Below are positions 49,960 through 59,961 of a stretch of DNA of 64,000 nucleotides, one piece after another (positions within the stretch are counted from its first letter, which is position 1; the number at the start of each line of letters is the position of its first letter). The DNA comes from Candidatus Zixiibacteriota bacterium (GTDB lineage: Bacteria; Zixibacteria; MSB-5A5; GN15; JAAZOE01): assembly GCA_043819555.1 (NCBI GenBank), contig JBDREQ010000020.1, positions 64,001-128,000 on the forward strand, read 5' to 3'. The notes below the pieces were generated by a model, which was given only the letters and a program-made list of their open reading frames with translations, was not told where the DNA came from and made no database searches. The position numbers and the translations under genes were made by a program.

Positions 49960-50511
49960 ATGAAGCAGCCTAAATTACATACTGAAAGAATAATTCTGAG
50001 GCCGTTTGAACTGTCCGATGCCGGTGTCGTTCAGAGACTAGCCGGTGAATTTGAAATCGCCGATACGACTATTCTAATTCCGCATCCATACGAAGACGGG
50101 ATGGCGGAAGAATGGATTTCCACGCATCAACCGCAGTTCGAAGCGGGGGAGATTGCCAATTTTGCGATTACGCTGATCGAATCCGGGGATTTGATCGGCG
50201 CTATCGGGTTGGTTATTAACCAGCGACATAATCATGCCGAGATGGGTTATTGGATCGGTAAACCATATTGGTCAAAGGGGTATTGCACCGAGGCGGCTCG
50301 TGCCATATTGGAATTTGGTTTCACTGAGTTAAGCCTGCATCGCATTCATGCGCATTATATGACGCGAAACATCGCCTCCGGGAAGATTATGGAAAAACTC
50401 GGGATGACTCGGGAGGGATTGATGCGGCAACATATCAAAAAGTGGGATAAGTTCGAAGATATAATTTTGTATGGGATATTGAAATCGGATTGGGAGCTGG
50501 CGGGCAGTTGA
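49960..50511 (+). CDS. GNAT N-acetyltransferase, RimJ/RimL type
   Basis: LHTERIILRP, AEMGYWIGKPYWSKGYCTEA, NIASGKIMEKLGM.REG. Confidence 0.92.
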   Translation: MKQPKLHTERIILRPFELSDAGVVQRLAGEFEIADTTILIPHPYEDGMAEEWISTHQPQFEAGEIANFAITLIESGDLIGAIGLVINQRHNHAEMGYWIGKPYWSKGYCTEAARAILEFGFTELSLHRIHAHYMTRNIASGKIMEKLGMTREGLMRQHIKKWDKFEDIILYGILKSDWELAGS

Positions 50512-50538
50512 ATTTAGTATTGCATGCCAGGCTTTGAT

Positions 50539-50625
50539 ACGTGATGCATAAAGGGGCAGACGAGGACGTCTGCTGCCCACGAACGTGATGTATAAAGGGG
50601 CAGCGAGGACGTCTGCTGCCCACGA
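50539..50625. repeat. Two-copy tandem repeat (44/43 bp) each carrying a GTGGG-type REP-like hairpin
   Basis: ACGTGATG(C/T)ATAAAGGGGCAG(A/-)CGAGGACGTCTGCTGCCCACGA at 50539-50582 and 50583-50625. Confidence 0.85.
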
Positions 50626-50679
50626 AAATATGTGACAAAAATCCCAGCATAGGGTTTTAAAAATTCGTCTGATGGCTAT

Positions 50680-51804
50680 TCATACCAAAGCTTTTCTGGT
50701 AAATTTATTTTTAAGCTGAGGATGAACAAATTTGCCGTTTTTGCGAATCAGTTTACCATCAAACCAGATCTCCCCGCCGCCATAATCGGGACGCTGAATG
50801 CAGACCAAATCCCAGTGGATGGCGGATTTATTGCCGTTATCGGCTTCATCGTAACATGCGCCCGGAGTAAAGTGAAAAGAACCATCGATTTTTTCGTCAA
50901 AGAGAGTATCCATCATTGGTTCTTTAATCATAGGATTGACTCCGATGGCGAATTCGCCGATATATCTCGCCCCGGCGTCCGTATCAAGATGCTTATTCAG
51001 TTTTTCGTTATTATTAGAGCAAGCGGCTTTGATGATTTTCCCGTTTTTGAATTCAAAGCGAATATCGGTGAAAAGGCTTCCTTCGTAGAGAGAAGCGGTA
51101 TTGAAAGAGATGACTCCATTGACGGAGTTTTTTACCGGGGCGGTGAAAACTTCACCGTCGGGGATATTGAATTCGCCATCGCACTTGATGACATTAATGC
51201 CCTTGATAGAGAAAGTCAGGTCGGTGCCTTTGCCTTTGATATGAACTTTGTCGGTTTTTTTCATCAGTTTCACGAGGGGATCCATCGCTTTTGACATTTT
51301 GGCATAATTGACGCAGCAGACATCGTAATAAAAATTGGCAAATTTCTCTTGCGGTTGTTTGGCCAGTTGCGCCATGGCGTAATCGGGATAGCGAACTGCA
51401 ACCCATTTTTTACTTTTGGTTATGATGTTGGACATAACCGGTTGATAGAAATCTTTGCGAATCATTTGCTTCGTTTTTGGGGGAATGTCGGTCATCTCGA
51501 ATGGATTATTGGCTCCCGCAATGCTGATGTAGCAGTCGCAATCTCGAGCTATTTTCTTAAAGAGTGACGCATATCGCTTGAGCTGTTTATCATTCATTTT
51601 CAGACAGAATTGTCTCATATAGGCATCGTCGGAAAACATCCAGAACGGGACGCCGCCAACCTCGGTTACTTTGCGAATCAGGCTAAAACCCAAATCGCGG
51701 GCGCTGTCGCCTTTTACTGATATGACAACCAGTTCTCCTTTTTTCACTCGGCAGGAATAATTGACAAGGACGTCAGCCAGTTTATCATTGCGTGGATCAT
51801 TCAT
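50680..51804 (-). CDS. M29 family aminopeptidase (AmpS/PepS-like)
   Basis: MNDPR..KLA.VLVNYS, NIPDGEVFTAP, GEFAIG.N, LFDEKI.GSFH, SAIHWD; start ATG 51804 after AAGGA. Confidence 0.93.
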   Translation of the reverse strand: MNDPRNDKLADVLVNYSCRVKKGELVVISVKGDSARDLGFSLIRKVTEVGGVPFWMFSDDAYMRQFCLKMNDKQLKRYASLFKKIARDCDCYISIAGANNPFEMTDIPPKTKQMIRKDFYQPVMSNIITKSKKWVAVRYPDYAMAQLAKQPQEKFANFYYDVCCVNYAKMSKAMDPLVKLMKKTDKVHIKGKGTDLTFSIKGINVIKCDGEFNIPDGEVFTAPVKNSVNGVISFNTASLYEGSLFTDIRFEFKNGKIIKAACSNNNEKLNKHLDTDAGARYIGEFAIGVNPMIKEPMMDTLFDEKIDGSFHFTPGACYDEADNGNKSAIHWDLVCIQRPDYGGGEIWFDGKLIRKNGKFVHPQLKNKFTRKALV

Positions 51805-52024
51805 TGGGATATTCCTTATAAATAGATTTTTTAGTTTACGGTTCTTAATCATGTCGAATTTATAATAATCGCATATAGATATCAAGGCGTTACATAAATA
51901 TTCTTATAATTCGTATGATGCTATAAAATTAAATGCAGAATGGGAAAAATACAGCTTTGCGATTTCTTCGGTGTTTGATATATTTATCCAACAGCGAAAA
52001 ACTGATATGTGATTAGGAGGTTTC

Positions 52025-54148
52025 ATGCATAATAGTCGCTTTATCCGGTACTTTGCGTTAATTGCGTTTTTTGTTTGCCTGGTATCATGTGAGTTTAAAT
52101 CGAGCACAAATATTTATTCATACCCTGCGGCTCATACCGTGGATGTCGTCGATGATTATCATGGAACTCTGGTGGCAGATCCTTATCGATGGCTGGAAGA
52201 TTTGAATTCTCCCGAAACTCGGACCTGGATTGCCGCAGAAACGGCAATTACTGACCAATATCTTGAAAATACGGATCGCGAAGAAATGGGAAATGAATTA
52301 ACCAAGAAGTGGAATTATGTCAGGTACGGTGATCTCAGGATTGAAGGGGATTGGTATATATTTGAGAAAAACGAGGGTCTTCAAAATCAATATGTTTATT
52401 ATAAACAAAAATCATTTTCGGACGCGCCGGAAGTATTGATTGACCCCAATACTTTGAGTAATGACGGTACGGTCGCGCTCGGATCAATGTATTATTCCAA
52501 TGATGGTTCGCTGGTCGCCTATACAGTTTCACAGTCGGGGAGCGACTGGCGGGAAGTGCGCATCCGCAATGTGGCGACCAATGAAGAATATGACGAGACA
52601 ATTAGATGGACGAAATTTACCGCTATTGCCTGGATGAATGATAACTCAGGGTTTTATTATGGCCGATATCCGGATTCCAATCTAGTTGCACTCGAGAACC
52701 GCACTCTGGATAACAAAGTTTATTATCATAAACTGGGGACGGATCAGGTCGAAGATGAACTTGTTTATGAAGATTCTGAAAATAGGGAACTGGGATTTGA
52801 CCCCTTCATTACAGAGGACGGTATGTACATAGTGCTTAGGGTCTGGCGGGGAACGGATGTCGAAAATCGAATATATTATTTGAGGCCGGGGAAAAGTGAG
52901 GTTATCAAGCTTATTGATCAACCAGAAGCCGAATACATTTTCCTGGAGAACATTGGCAATAAATTTTATTTCTTGACGAATAATGAGGCGGCCAATTACA
53001 GGATAATCGCGATTGATATAACCAGGCCCCAAAAATCGAAATGGCATGAAATTATACCGGAAAATGATGATGCCATACATTCGGCCAGGATGATAAATAA
53101 TCATCTGATCGTTAATTATATGCACAATGCCTGTAGCGTGCCAAAGATATTTGATCTGAAAGGAAAATTCATTCAGGATATTGAGCTTCCTGTGGCCGGA
53201 ACAGTCTCCGGCGTTAAGGGGAATAGAATGGGAACGGAAATGATTTATAGTTTTCAATCATTTACCTATCCCCAGCGTTTCTATCACTATGATTTTGAAA
53301 CTGGCGAAACCATACTTCGATTACGAGATGATATTGAAATTGATTCCGATCTTTATGAAACGAAACAGGTCTTTTTTCCGTCGAAGGATGGTACCAAAAT
53401 ACCGATGTTTATAGTTCATAAAAAAGATTTGGAAATGAACGGCAATAATCCGACTATTCTAAATGGTTACGGCGGATTTAATTCCAGTTCAAGGCCATAT
53501 TTTAGTCATACATATTTGTATTGGCTGGAAAAAGGCGGAATATATGTCAAAGTAAATCTGCGCGGAGGCGGTGAGTTTGGCGAGGAATGGCATAAGGCCG
53601 GCATGCTTGACAAAAAGCAGAATGTGTTTGATGATTTTATCGCAGCCGCCGAATGGCTGATTGAAAATAAATATACAAGTACACCAAAGTTGGCGATCTG
53701 GGGCGGAAGCAATGGAGGATTATTGGTCGCGGCTTGTATGGTTCAAAGACCAGAACTTTTTAGCGCAGTTGTTTGCAGCGTTCCCGTGATTGATATGCTT
53801 CGCTATCATAAATTTACGGCCGGAAGATATTGGACCGGCGAGTACGGCAATGCCGAAGAAAACCCGGAGCATTTTGAATTTTTATATGCCTATTCGCCGT
53901 TGCATAATATAAAACCGGGGATGAAATGTCCTCCGATAATGGTAACGACTGCGGAATCGGACAATCGCGTCTATCCGGCCCATTCATTGAAATTCGTGGC
54001 CGCTATTCAGGCGGCCGATGGAGGAGATAATAGTATCCTTTTGCGGTATGAATCAAAGGCCGGTCATGGAGCGGGGAAGCCAATGACAAAGCAGATTAAT
54101 GAGAAGGCGGAAATTTTTGGATTTTTATTCAAAGAATTAGGCATGTAA
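52025..54148 (+). CDS. Prolyl oligopeptidase (S9A), predicted lipoprotein
   Basis: LVSC lipobox, VADPYRWLED, GYGGFN, NLRGGGEFGEEWH, GGSNGG (Ser), DNRV (Asp), GHG (His). Confidence 0.95.
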   Translation: MHNSRFIRYFALIAFFVCLVSCEFKSSTNIYSYPAAHTVDVVDDYHGTLVADPYRWLEDLNSPETRTWIAAETAITDQYLENTDREEMGNELTKKWNYVRYGDLRIEGDWYIFEKNEGLQNQYVYYKQKSFSDAPEVLIDPNTLSNDGTVALGSMYYSNDGSLVAYTVSQSGSDWREVRIRNVATNEEYDETIRWTKFTAIAWMNDNSGFYYGRYPDSNLVALENRTLDNKVYYHKLGTDQVEDELVYEDSENRELGFDPFITEDGMYIVLRVWRGTDVENRIYYLRPGKSEVIKLIDQPEAEYIFLENIGNKFYFLTNNEAANYRIIAIDITRPQKSKWHEIIPENDDAIHSARMINNHLIVNYMHNACSVPKIFDLKGKFIQDIELPVAGTVSGVKGNRMGTEMIYSFQSFTYPQRFYHYDFETGETILRLRDDIEIDSDLYETKQVFFPSKDGTKIPMFIVHKKDLEMNGNNPTILNGYGGFNSSSRPYFSHTYLYWLEKGGIYVKVNLRGGGEFGEEWHKAGMLDKKQNVFDDFIAAAEWLIENKYTSTPKLAIWGGSNGGLLVAACMVQRPELFSAVVCSVPVIDMLRYHKFTAGRYWTGEYGNAEENPEHFEFLYAYSPLHNIKPGMKCPPIMVTTAESDNRVYPAHSLKFVAAIQAADGGDNSILLRYESKAGHGAGKPMTKQINEKAEIFGFLFKELGM

Positions 54149-54155
54149 AAATGAT

Positions 54156-54191
54156 GCGGCGGTATCTCCGGTCATGATACCGCCGCTTTTT
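54156..54191 (+). terminator. Intrinsic terminator after prolyl oligopeptidase
   Basis: GCGGCGGTATC...GATACCGCCGC followed by TTTTT. Confidence 0.85.
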
Positions 54192-54265
54192 ATTTATATT
54201 TATTAATTCATTCATTTCTCGATTTTCCTTGCAAATAGAAATACCATATTTATCTTAGTCCGATT

Positions 54266-55420
54266 ATGGCCCTCGGGATAAATAAAGTTTCAATAAAGAC
54301 AATTACCTTTTCGGCAATCGTAATGTGGGTCGGGTTTTATGCCTGGCGGATAATGTTTAATAATTTCGCGGTTGAGGTGTTTGATGCTTCGCCCACCGAT
54401 GTCGGCATCATTCAGGCTGTACGCGAAATTCCGGGACTTCTGGCATTTGGTGCAGGAGCGCTGGCGATCTATTTTACTGAATCCAAAATTGCCTCGCTGG
54501 CTCTAATAGCGATGGGGTTAGGACTGCTATTTTGCGGATTCTCACCTACTTTGGTGGTATTGGGATTGGCGACCGTTATGATGTCATTCGGGTTTCATTA
54601 TTTTGAACCGGTAAATTCCTCGCAACTCCTGGCATTATCGGATACCAATGAAGTCGGTAAAACACAGGGTCGTTTACTCTCTAATGAATCAATGGCCGGC
54701 TTACTTGGAGCCGGGCTGGTACTCCTGATGACGCTGTTTATTAGTTTTCGCAACTCATTCATAATTTTCGGCAGCGCAGTAACGTTAATCGGTTTGTATC
54801 TTGTTTTGGCCCTGCCGCCCAATCGAGGCAAGCAGGAAAAAAGAAAGATCAGGATTAAGAAAAAGTACTGGCTATATTATGCGTTGTCATTTCTACGCGG
54901 GTGTCGCCGCCATATTTTCACGACATTCGCGATTTTTCTGCTGGTGAAAAATCACGATCTCAGCATCACCGCAGTATCAATGATAATGCTGCTCAATAAT
55001 TTCATCACCATTTTTACCAATCGTTATCTGGGGAATTTAAGCGATCGTTACGGAGAGAAATATGTCCTTGTGGGATGCTCGTTCTTTCTGGTATTTATTT
55101 TTTGCGGATATGCCTTCGTCAGCCAGTTGTCGATGTTAATTGCCTTATATGTCATTGATAACGTCCTGTTCGGATCATCCATTGCTCTTAAATCTTATAT
55201 CAGGAAAATCTCCACTGAGGAAGATTTAACCGGATGCCTATCGTTCGGAATGACTTCCAATCATATCACGGCAGTTGTAATCCCGATTGCGGGCGGAGTT
55301 ATGTGGAGCATGTTTGGATATCAGATAACTTTTTTGGCCGGTGCTTTCATTGTCCTTATAGATTTATTGCTGGCGCTGAAAATGCCGGGTAAGCGAGTGC
55401 TGTTGATTGTTTCGAAATAA
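54266..55420 (+). CDS. MFS transporter
   Basis: About 12 hydrophobic segments, motif-A-like GNLSDRYGEK, VREIPGLLAF. Confidence 0.88.
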   Translation: MALGINKVSIKTITFSAIVMWVGFYAWRIMFNNFAVEVFDASPTDVGIIQAVREIPGLLAFGAGALAIYFTESKIASLALIAMGLGLLFCGFSPTLVVLGLATVMMSFGFHYFEPVNSSQLLALSDTNEVGKTQGRLLSNESMAGLLGAGLVLLMTLFISFRNSFIIFGSAVTLIGLYLVLALPPNRGKQEKRKIRIKKKYWLYYALSFLRGCRRHIFTTFAIFLLVKNHDLSITAVSMIMLLNNFITIFTNRYLGNLSDRYGEKYVLVGCSFFLVFIFCGYAFVSQLSMLIALYVIDNVLFGSSIALKSYIRKISTEEDLTGCLSFGMTSNHITAVVIPIAGGVMWSMFGYQITFLAGAFIVLIDLLLALKMPGKRVLLIVSK

Positions 55421-55554
55421 TATAGACTTCGCCATGGTGAAATGTCATCCAGAAAATATTTCTGAGAAAATGCCGATAAAATAAATGTCATGGAAATTAT
55501 TAATTGTGGATAAGGAAAGACTGAGGTACAGTTGATTTGAGAAGGTTAATAAAA

Positions 55555-55752
55555 ATGCCGGCTGATATTTTGGATATCGGGGATAGGGTAGATATCAAGA
55601 AGTCGAAAAGTGATGTATTGCGGGAGCAAAAGGATGTTATGAAAATTGTCAAAGAGGAATTTGACGATATTATATATAACTCGCATCTACATGACGACTT
55701 TGACATCGTCATTGACGAACCAATCAAGATAGACGTTCAAACAAACCAGTAA
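55555..55752 (+). CDS. Small acidic hypothetical protein (65 aa)
   Basis: AAGGT upstream of ATG 55555; soluble-protein-like composition; occupies an otherwise empty gap. Confidence 0.5.
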   Translation: MPADILDIGDRVDIKKSKSDVLREQKDVMKIVKEEFDDIIYNSHLHDDFDIVIDEPIKIDVQTNQ

Positions 55753-55827
55753 ATCTCTTTTTCATATTTCATTTGCGCATACGATTTCCAAGTATTTCCT
55801 TATAACTAAACCATAAGGGGTACTATC

Positions 55828-57489
55828 ATGAAGAAGATTGCCTGCCTGTGTGCGTTTATTGCTGCGTTTGGATTAATTGCGCAGTATGGATGTTGCGGAA
55901 TTGACTCCGAAGAAATAACGGTTAACAATGTTAAAAATGCCGAAAAAATAATCGGATTGAGTTTTGAGCCTGACGAGCGTGATTCCATGCTTACTGACTT
56001 GTCGGATAATTTGGAATCTTATGCCGAAATAAGAAAGATCGAGATTGACAACTCGGTTCCGCCTTCGCTCTGGTTCAATCCTCTGCCGCGGAATTTCGAA
56101 ATTAATTATAAGCAGGAAAAAGTAAAATTCAATCGACCCAAAAACGTAGTTATGCCTGAGAATATCAAGGATCTTGCCTTTTATTCAGTCGGTGAGTTGG
56201 CGGAATTGGTGCGGACGAAGAAAGTCACATCGATCCAATTGACCCGGTTGGCTCTGGACCGATTGAAAAAATTCGATTCGGATTTGCATTGTGTTATTAC
56301 TTTAACCGAAGATTTGGCATTGACCCAAGCCGCCCAGGCTGACAAAGAAATTAAATCCGGGAAGTATCGAGGACCATTGCATGGTATTCCTTATGGAACC
56401 AAAGATTTGTTAGCCGCGAAAGGATATAAGACAACGTGGGGAGCGATGCCTTTTAAAGATCAAGTTCTCGATTATGATGCGACGGTGACAAAAAAACTGG
56501 AAGCAGCGGGAGCCGTGCTAGTGGCAAAACTATCTCTGGGAGCATTGGCCTGGGGCGACGTCTGGTTTGCCGATACGACGCGCAATCCGTGGAATCTGGA
56601 GCAGGGTTCAAGCGGTTCGTCGGCCGGGCCGGCATCAACCGTGTCGGCCGGACTGGTGCCTTTCGCGATCGGTTCGGAAACATGGGGCTCCATTGTTTCG
56701 CCTTCGACTCGGTGCGGAACGACCGGCCTGAGGCCAACCTATGGCGCGGTCAGTCGAGCGGGTGCGATGGCCCTGAGCTGGTCGATGGATAAACTGGGAC
56801 CGATCTGCCGCACCGTTGAAGATTGCGCCCTGGTTTATGATGCCATTCGCGGAACGGATGGTATTGATGTATCAGTTGTTGACGCGGCCTTCAATTACAA
56901 ACCAGAAATAGAATTGAAATCGTTAAAGATCGGTTACCTCAAGAAAGATTTTGATAACGACTCGAGTTATATGGGGCATAACAATAATGCTCTTCAGGTA
57001 ATGCGCGATCTGGGAGCGGAGTTGATTGAGATTGAACTCCCCAATCTTCCTATTATGTCAATGTCAATAATTCTCAGCGCTGAAGCGGCTGCCGCCTTTG
57101 ATGAATTGACACGATTCAATCGTGATGATTTGCTGGTCAGGCAGATAAAAAATTCATGGCCCAATTCTTTTCGCAGCAGCCGGTTTATTCCGGCCGTTGA
57201 ATATATTCAGGCCAATCGCATGAGAACACTGATGATCGAGGAAATGGCCGATTTGATGAAGAACATTGATGTTTATATTGCGCCTTCGTTTGAGGGAGAT
57301 AATCTCCTGTTGACCAATCTCAGCGGACATCCTTGCGTGGTTTTACCGCACGGATTTGATGACGAAGGCTCGCCGACAAGCATTACTTTTATCGGAAGAT
57401 TGTATGATGAAGCAACTGTTTTGGCGGTGGCGGGGAAATTTCAGAACGCAACTGATTTTCATTTGAAGCATCCGGAGAGGTTTAAGTAG
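55828..57489 (+). CDS. Exported amidase-signature family enzyme
   Basis: GPLHGIPYGTKDL (Lys), GSSGSSAG (cis-Ser), GSETWGSI (Ser nucleophile); N-terminal signal with Cys residues. Confidence 0.92.
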   Translation: MKKIACLCAFIAAFGLIAQYGCCGIDSEEITVNNVKNAEKIIGLSFEPDERDSMLTDLSDNLESYAEIRKIEIDNSVPPSLWFNPLPRNFEINYKQEKVKFNRPKNVVMPENIKDLAFYSVGELAELVRTKKVTSIQLTRLALDRLKKFDSDLHCVITLTEDLALTQAAQADKEIKSGKYRGPLHGIPYGTKDLLAAKGYKTTWGAMPFKDQVLDYDATVTKKLEAAGAVLVAKLSLGALAWGDVWFADTTRNPWNLEQGSSGSSAGPASTVSAGLVPFAIGSETWGSIVSPSTRCGTTGLRPTYGAVSRAGAMALSWSMDKLGPICRTVEDCALVYDAIRGTDGIDVSVVDAAFNYKPEIELKSLKIGYLKKDFDNDSSYMGHNNNALQVMRDLGAELIEIELPNLPIMSMSIILSAEAAAAFDELTRFNRDDLLVRQIKNSWPNSFRSSRFIPAVEYIQANRMRTLMIEEMADLMKNIDVYIAPSFEGDNLLLTNLSGHPCVVLPHGFDDEGSPTSITFIGRLYDEATVLAVAGKFQNATDFHLKHPERFK

Positions 57490-57563
57490 AATTTATAATT
57501 TCGGGAAAATGACCTCTGATTAATTTGATTCAATAAACTAATTATAGAGATTATGCAAACGAT

Positions 57564-57595
57564 AAAGGCGGGATGTCCGATAAGACAACCCGCCT
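57564..57595. terminator. Hairpin/terminator between convergent genes
   Basis: AGGCGGGATGTC-CGATAA-GACAACCCGCCT. Confidence 0.6.
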
Positions 57596-57624
57596 AAGAT
57601 GTCAAGCGAGATGCCATCGCGACT

Positions 57625-59508
57625 TTATGGCAATAGGGTATAAGCGGCCAATTTGCTGTTATACAGTCGCGGCACAATCAGCAGATTTTTCTCGGGGATG
57701 AAAGTAATATCGGCTGTGAACCTGTCGATCGCGTTGGTGTTTATCAAAGGTGTTTTTTCTCCCGCTAAATTGACGCGAAAAATCCTTCCATAAAAGTCGG
57801 ATATTATATAATTGCCCTGGCCATCCGGCGTTATTCCATCCATCAGGGCTCCGGCGCCAAGGCTGACAATTGGCGTTACTTCCTGTGTTTCAATATTGAT
57901 TGATTTAAGGCATCCATCTCCGGTACACCCAACCAATAAGCGGCCGTTGTCATAGAGTAATCCGTTAGGTGAGATGATATCATCGGATTGAAACCAGATT
58001 TTAAATTCCTCATTATCAGATTTATAAATAATGTTCTGATCGCCATCAGAAAGATATCCGATGCCATTTTCATCGAGAGTGAAATCATTGGGGAAGGCTG
58101 GATTTGGAATTGCAAAGCGATTGAGTATTTGACCGCTTTCTATATCAATCTCGGCCAGGTTGGTTCGCTCGACCGCATATAATTTATTATCAAACATGGC
58201 TAATCCGGTCGGCCTATTTAGGCGAGAGACCCATTTCAATTCCTGAATCTGACCATCGAGAGTGATTTTTGATATGAATTCCTGACCGGCGTTGTAATAA
58301 TTAGTGATGTAAATCAGTTCTTTTTCTGTATCGTAAACGGCTGATTCCGGCATTCTAATTTTGTTTTCAATTTCCCAGGTTTTTGTAATTCCCTCAGCAA
58401 GAAAAACGGTATCGGCGTCACGGCACATAAAACCCCAGCCGCCGAATGTTTCGATAATGGCAAAGATGAGTTCGTTTTCACCCTTTTTGAGAGGCAAATA
58501 TACGGCGTCATTATAACCGATGATGCCTAAAAATGACGGATCGCGACCCTGATAGGTGCTGACTCCCGCAAAAATCAATTGGTCGTTCAGGAAAATTTTT
58601 ACCGCATCGCTGTAACCAAATGTAAATTCTCTTACTTGATCCTCAGCCGAATAGATACTTGTTTTTGCCCAGACCAAATTGGCGTCCATATAATTCCAAT
58701 TATAATACCGGCAAATATCAACCAAACCGTACGGGTCGCATTCGATGCTTTTCCATGTCAACTCGATCAACCCAAGTTGATTGGGTGTCTTTTCGTCATT
58801 GATATCATATTGACTAACTGGTTCAGATAATTCCCATTTCTTAATGATGCCCAAAATGGGTTCTTTAATCGGCATTGGATCAATGCGGACATTGGAATCA
58901 AGAGTATAAGAGAAATTTGAAAAATACGAGGTCCCGTCAGCAGGTCCGAAAACGCCAATCGAACCCTTTCGTATTCCTGATCTTAATTCCGGTATTGAGA
59001 GAGCAGGTTTTTTATCATCATCTATAAATAATATGGCCTGGGTTCCTTTGATAATCATTTTTAAATGAATCCATTGATTTACTGGAATGGTGGCCTTTTC
59101 AGTATATCCTTCACCGGCGTAAAGCTGCCACCCGGAAACACCATTTATTGTAGGCGAATATTGTAACACATCCGAATATAGAGCTGAACGGTGAGGCCTG
59201 ACGTAAAAACGCTCATAGGTCTGTCCCTGAACGCGGAATATGATTCCCGGGTATGATTTTTCGCGATCTGTTGTCACTGCAATATCAAATTCGATTATCC
59301 CATCTTCAAATTCGACATCTTTCAGTACAGCGATTCCTTCAAAAGCCGTTCGCCCCATGTGCTCGGCAACTGCCCCACTCAGAATAGTCCAGCGGTTTGA
59401 ATCAAAACCTGTTGTTTCCGCATAAGCCCATTTATAAAAGGCACTTGTATCAAAAATAATTAGAAGAAAAACGAAAACAAAAATTCTACGAGGATAATGA
59501 TTTTTCAA
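57625..59508 (-). CDS. Secreted multidomain protein: DUF1080/ConA-like N-terminus plus SMP-30/gluconolactonase-like propeller
   Basis: FEDGIIEFDI..PGIIFR..WIHLKM..GSIG..YFSNF; C-terminal PESAVYD, PTGL, PNDF, PNGL, DGI, ADI repeats; TTG start after GGAG. Confidence 0.65.
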   Translation of the reverse strand: MKNHYPRRIFVFVFLLIIFDTSAFYKWAYAETTGFDSNRWTILSGAVAEHMGRTAFEGIAVLKDVEFEDGIIEFDIAVTTDREKSYPGIIFRVQGQTYERFYVRPHRSALYSDVLQYSPTINGVSGWQLYAGEGYTEKATIPVNQWIHLKMIIKGTQAILFIDDDKKPALSIPELRSGIRKGSIGVFGPADGTSYFSNFSYTLDSNVRIDPMPIKEPILGIIKKWELSEPVSQYDINDEKTPNQLGLIELTWKSIECDPYGLVDICRYYNWNYMDANLVWAKTSIYSAEDQVREFTFGYSDAVKIFLNDQLIFAGVSTYQGRDPSFLGIIGYNDAVYLPLKKGENELIFAIIETFGGWGFMCRDADTVFLAEGITKTWEIENKIRMPESAVYDTEKELIYITNYYNAGQEFISKITLDGQIQELKWVSRLNRPTGLAMFDNKLYAVERTNLAEIDIESGQILNRFAIPNPAFPNDFTLDENGIGYLSDGDQNIIYKSDNEEFKIWFQSDDIISPNGLLYDNGRLLVGCTGDGCLKSINIETQEVTPIVSLGAGALMDGITPDGQGNYIISDFYGRIFRVNLAGEKTPLINTNAIDRFTADITFIPEKNLLIVPRLYNSKLAAYTLLP

Positions 59509-59725
59509 TTTTAGCTCCAGGCGCTATTTGTGCAACAAAGTTTTTTCAATTCCTTTAGACGCATTATCGTCTTCTTTGTTTAAAAAAGACGAGGCCATAA
59601 AATAAAAATATGGCGCATTTTTTAGAATTTTTTGAAAAAAATCATAGGTAATTACCGAAAACTCAGATTCGACGTATCAAGATTCCTCGGAACTATCAGC
59701 AAATTTCCAAAAATCTAAAGAAAAA

Positions 59726-59916
59726 TGTCCAGTATCTGGACAAAATTAAAATTAGCGTAACTTATTTTTAGATATATGGATAAATTGTTTTGGCGTGCGA
59801 AGCTTATTAAAAATGTATATAGCATAAACAGTTTCGAGAATTAGATTTGGGTCAAAAATATAAATCATTGATTATTAACGAGTTAGATTTTTGATTAAAC
59901 TGGTATAAATTTTGCT
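59726..59916 (+). promoter_or_regulatory. Sigma54 promoter with IHF site and two 17-bp upstream activator-like sites (PEP-CTERM gene 1)
   Basis: TGGTAT-AAATT-TTGCT (59901-59916); IHF-like AATCAA-TGAT-TTA on minus (59861-59873); TGT-N11-ACA at 59814-59830 and 59726-59742. Confidence 0.75.
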
Positions 59917-59961
59917 GGGACTTTTGCAGGTAAAATGAAAATTAACTATATGGAGGTTAAA

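Noticed and set aside
50539..50625. Possible mini CRISPR array
   Set aside because: Copies are directly adjacent with no unique spacer and no cas genes
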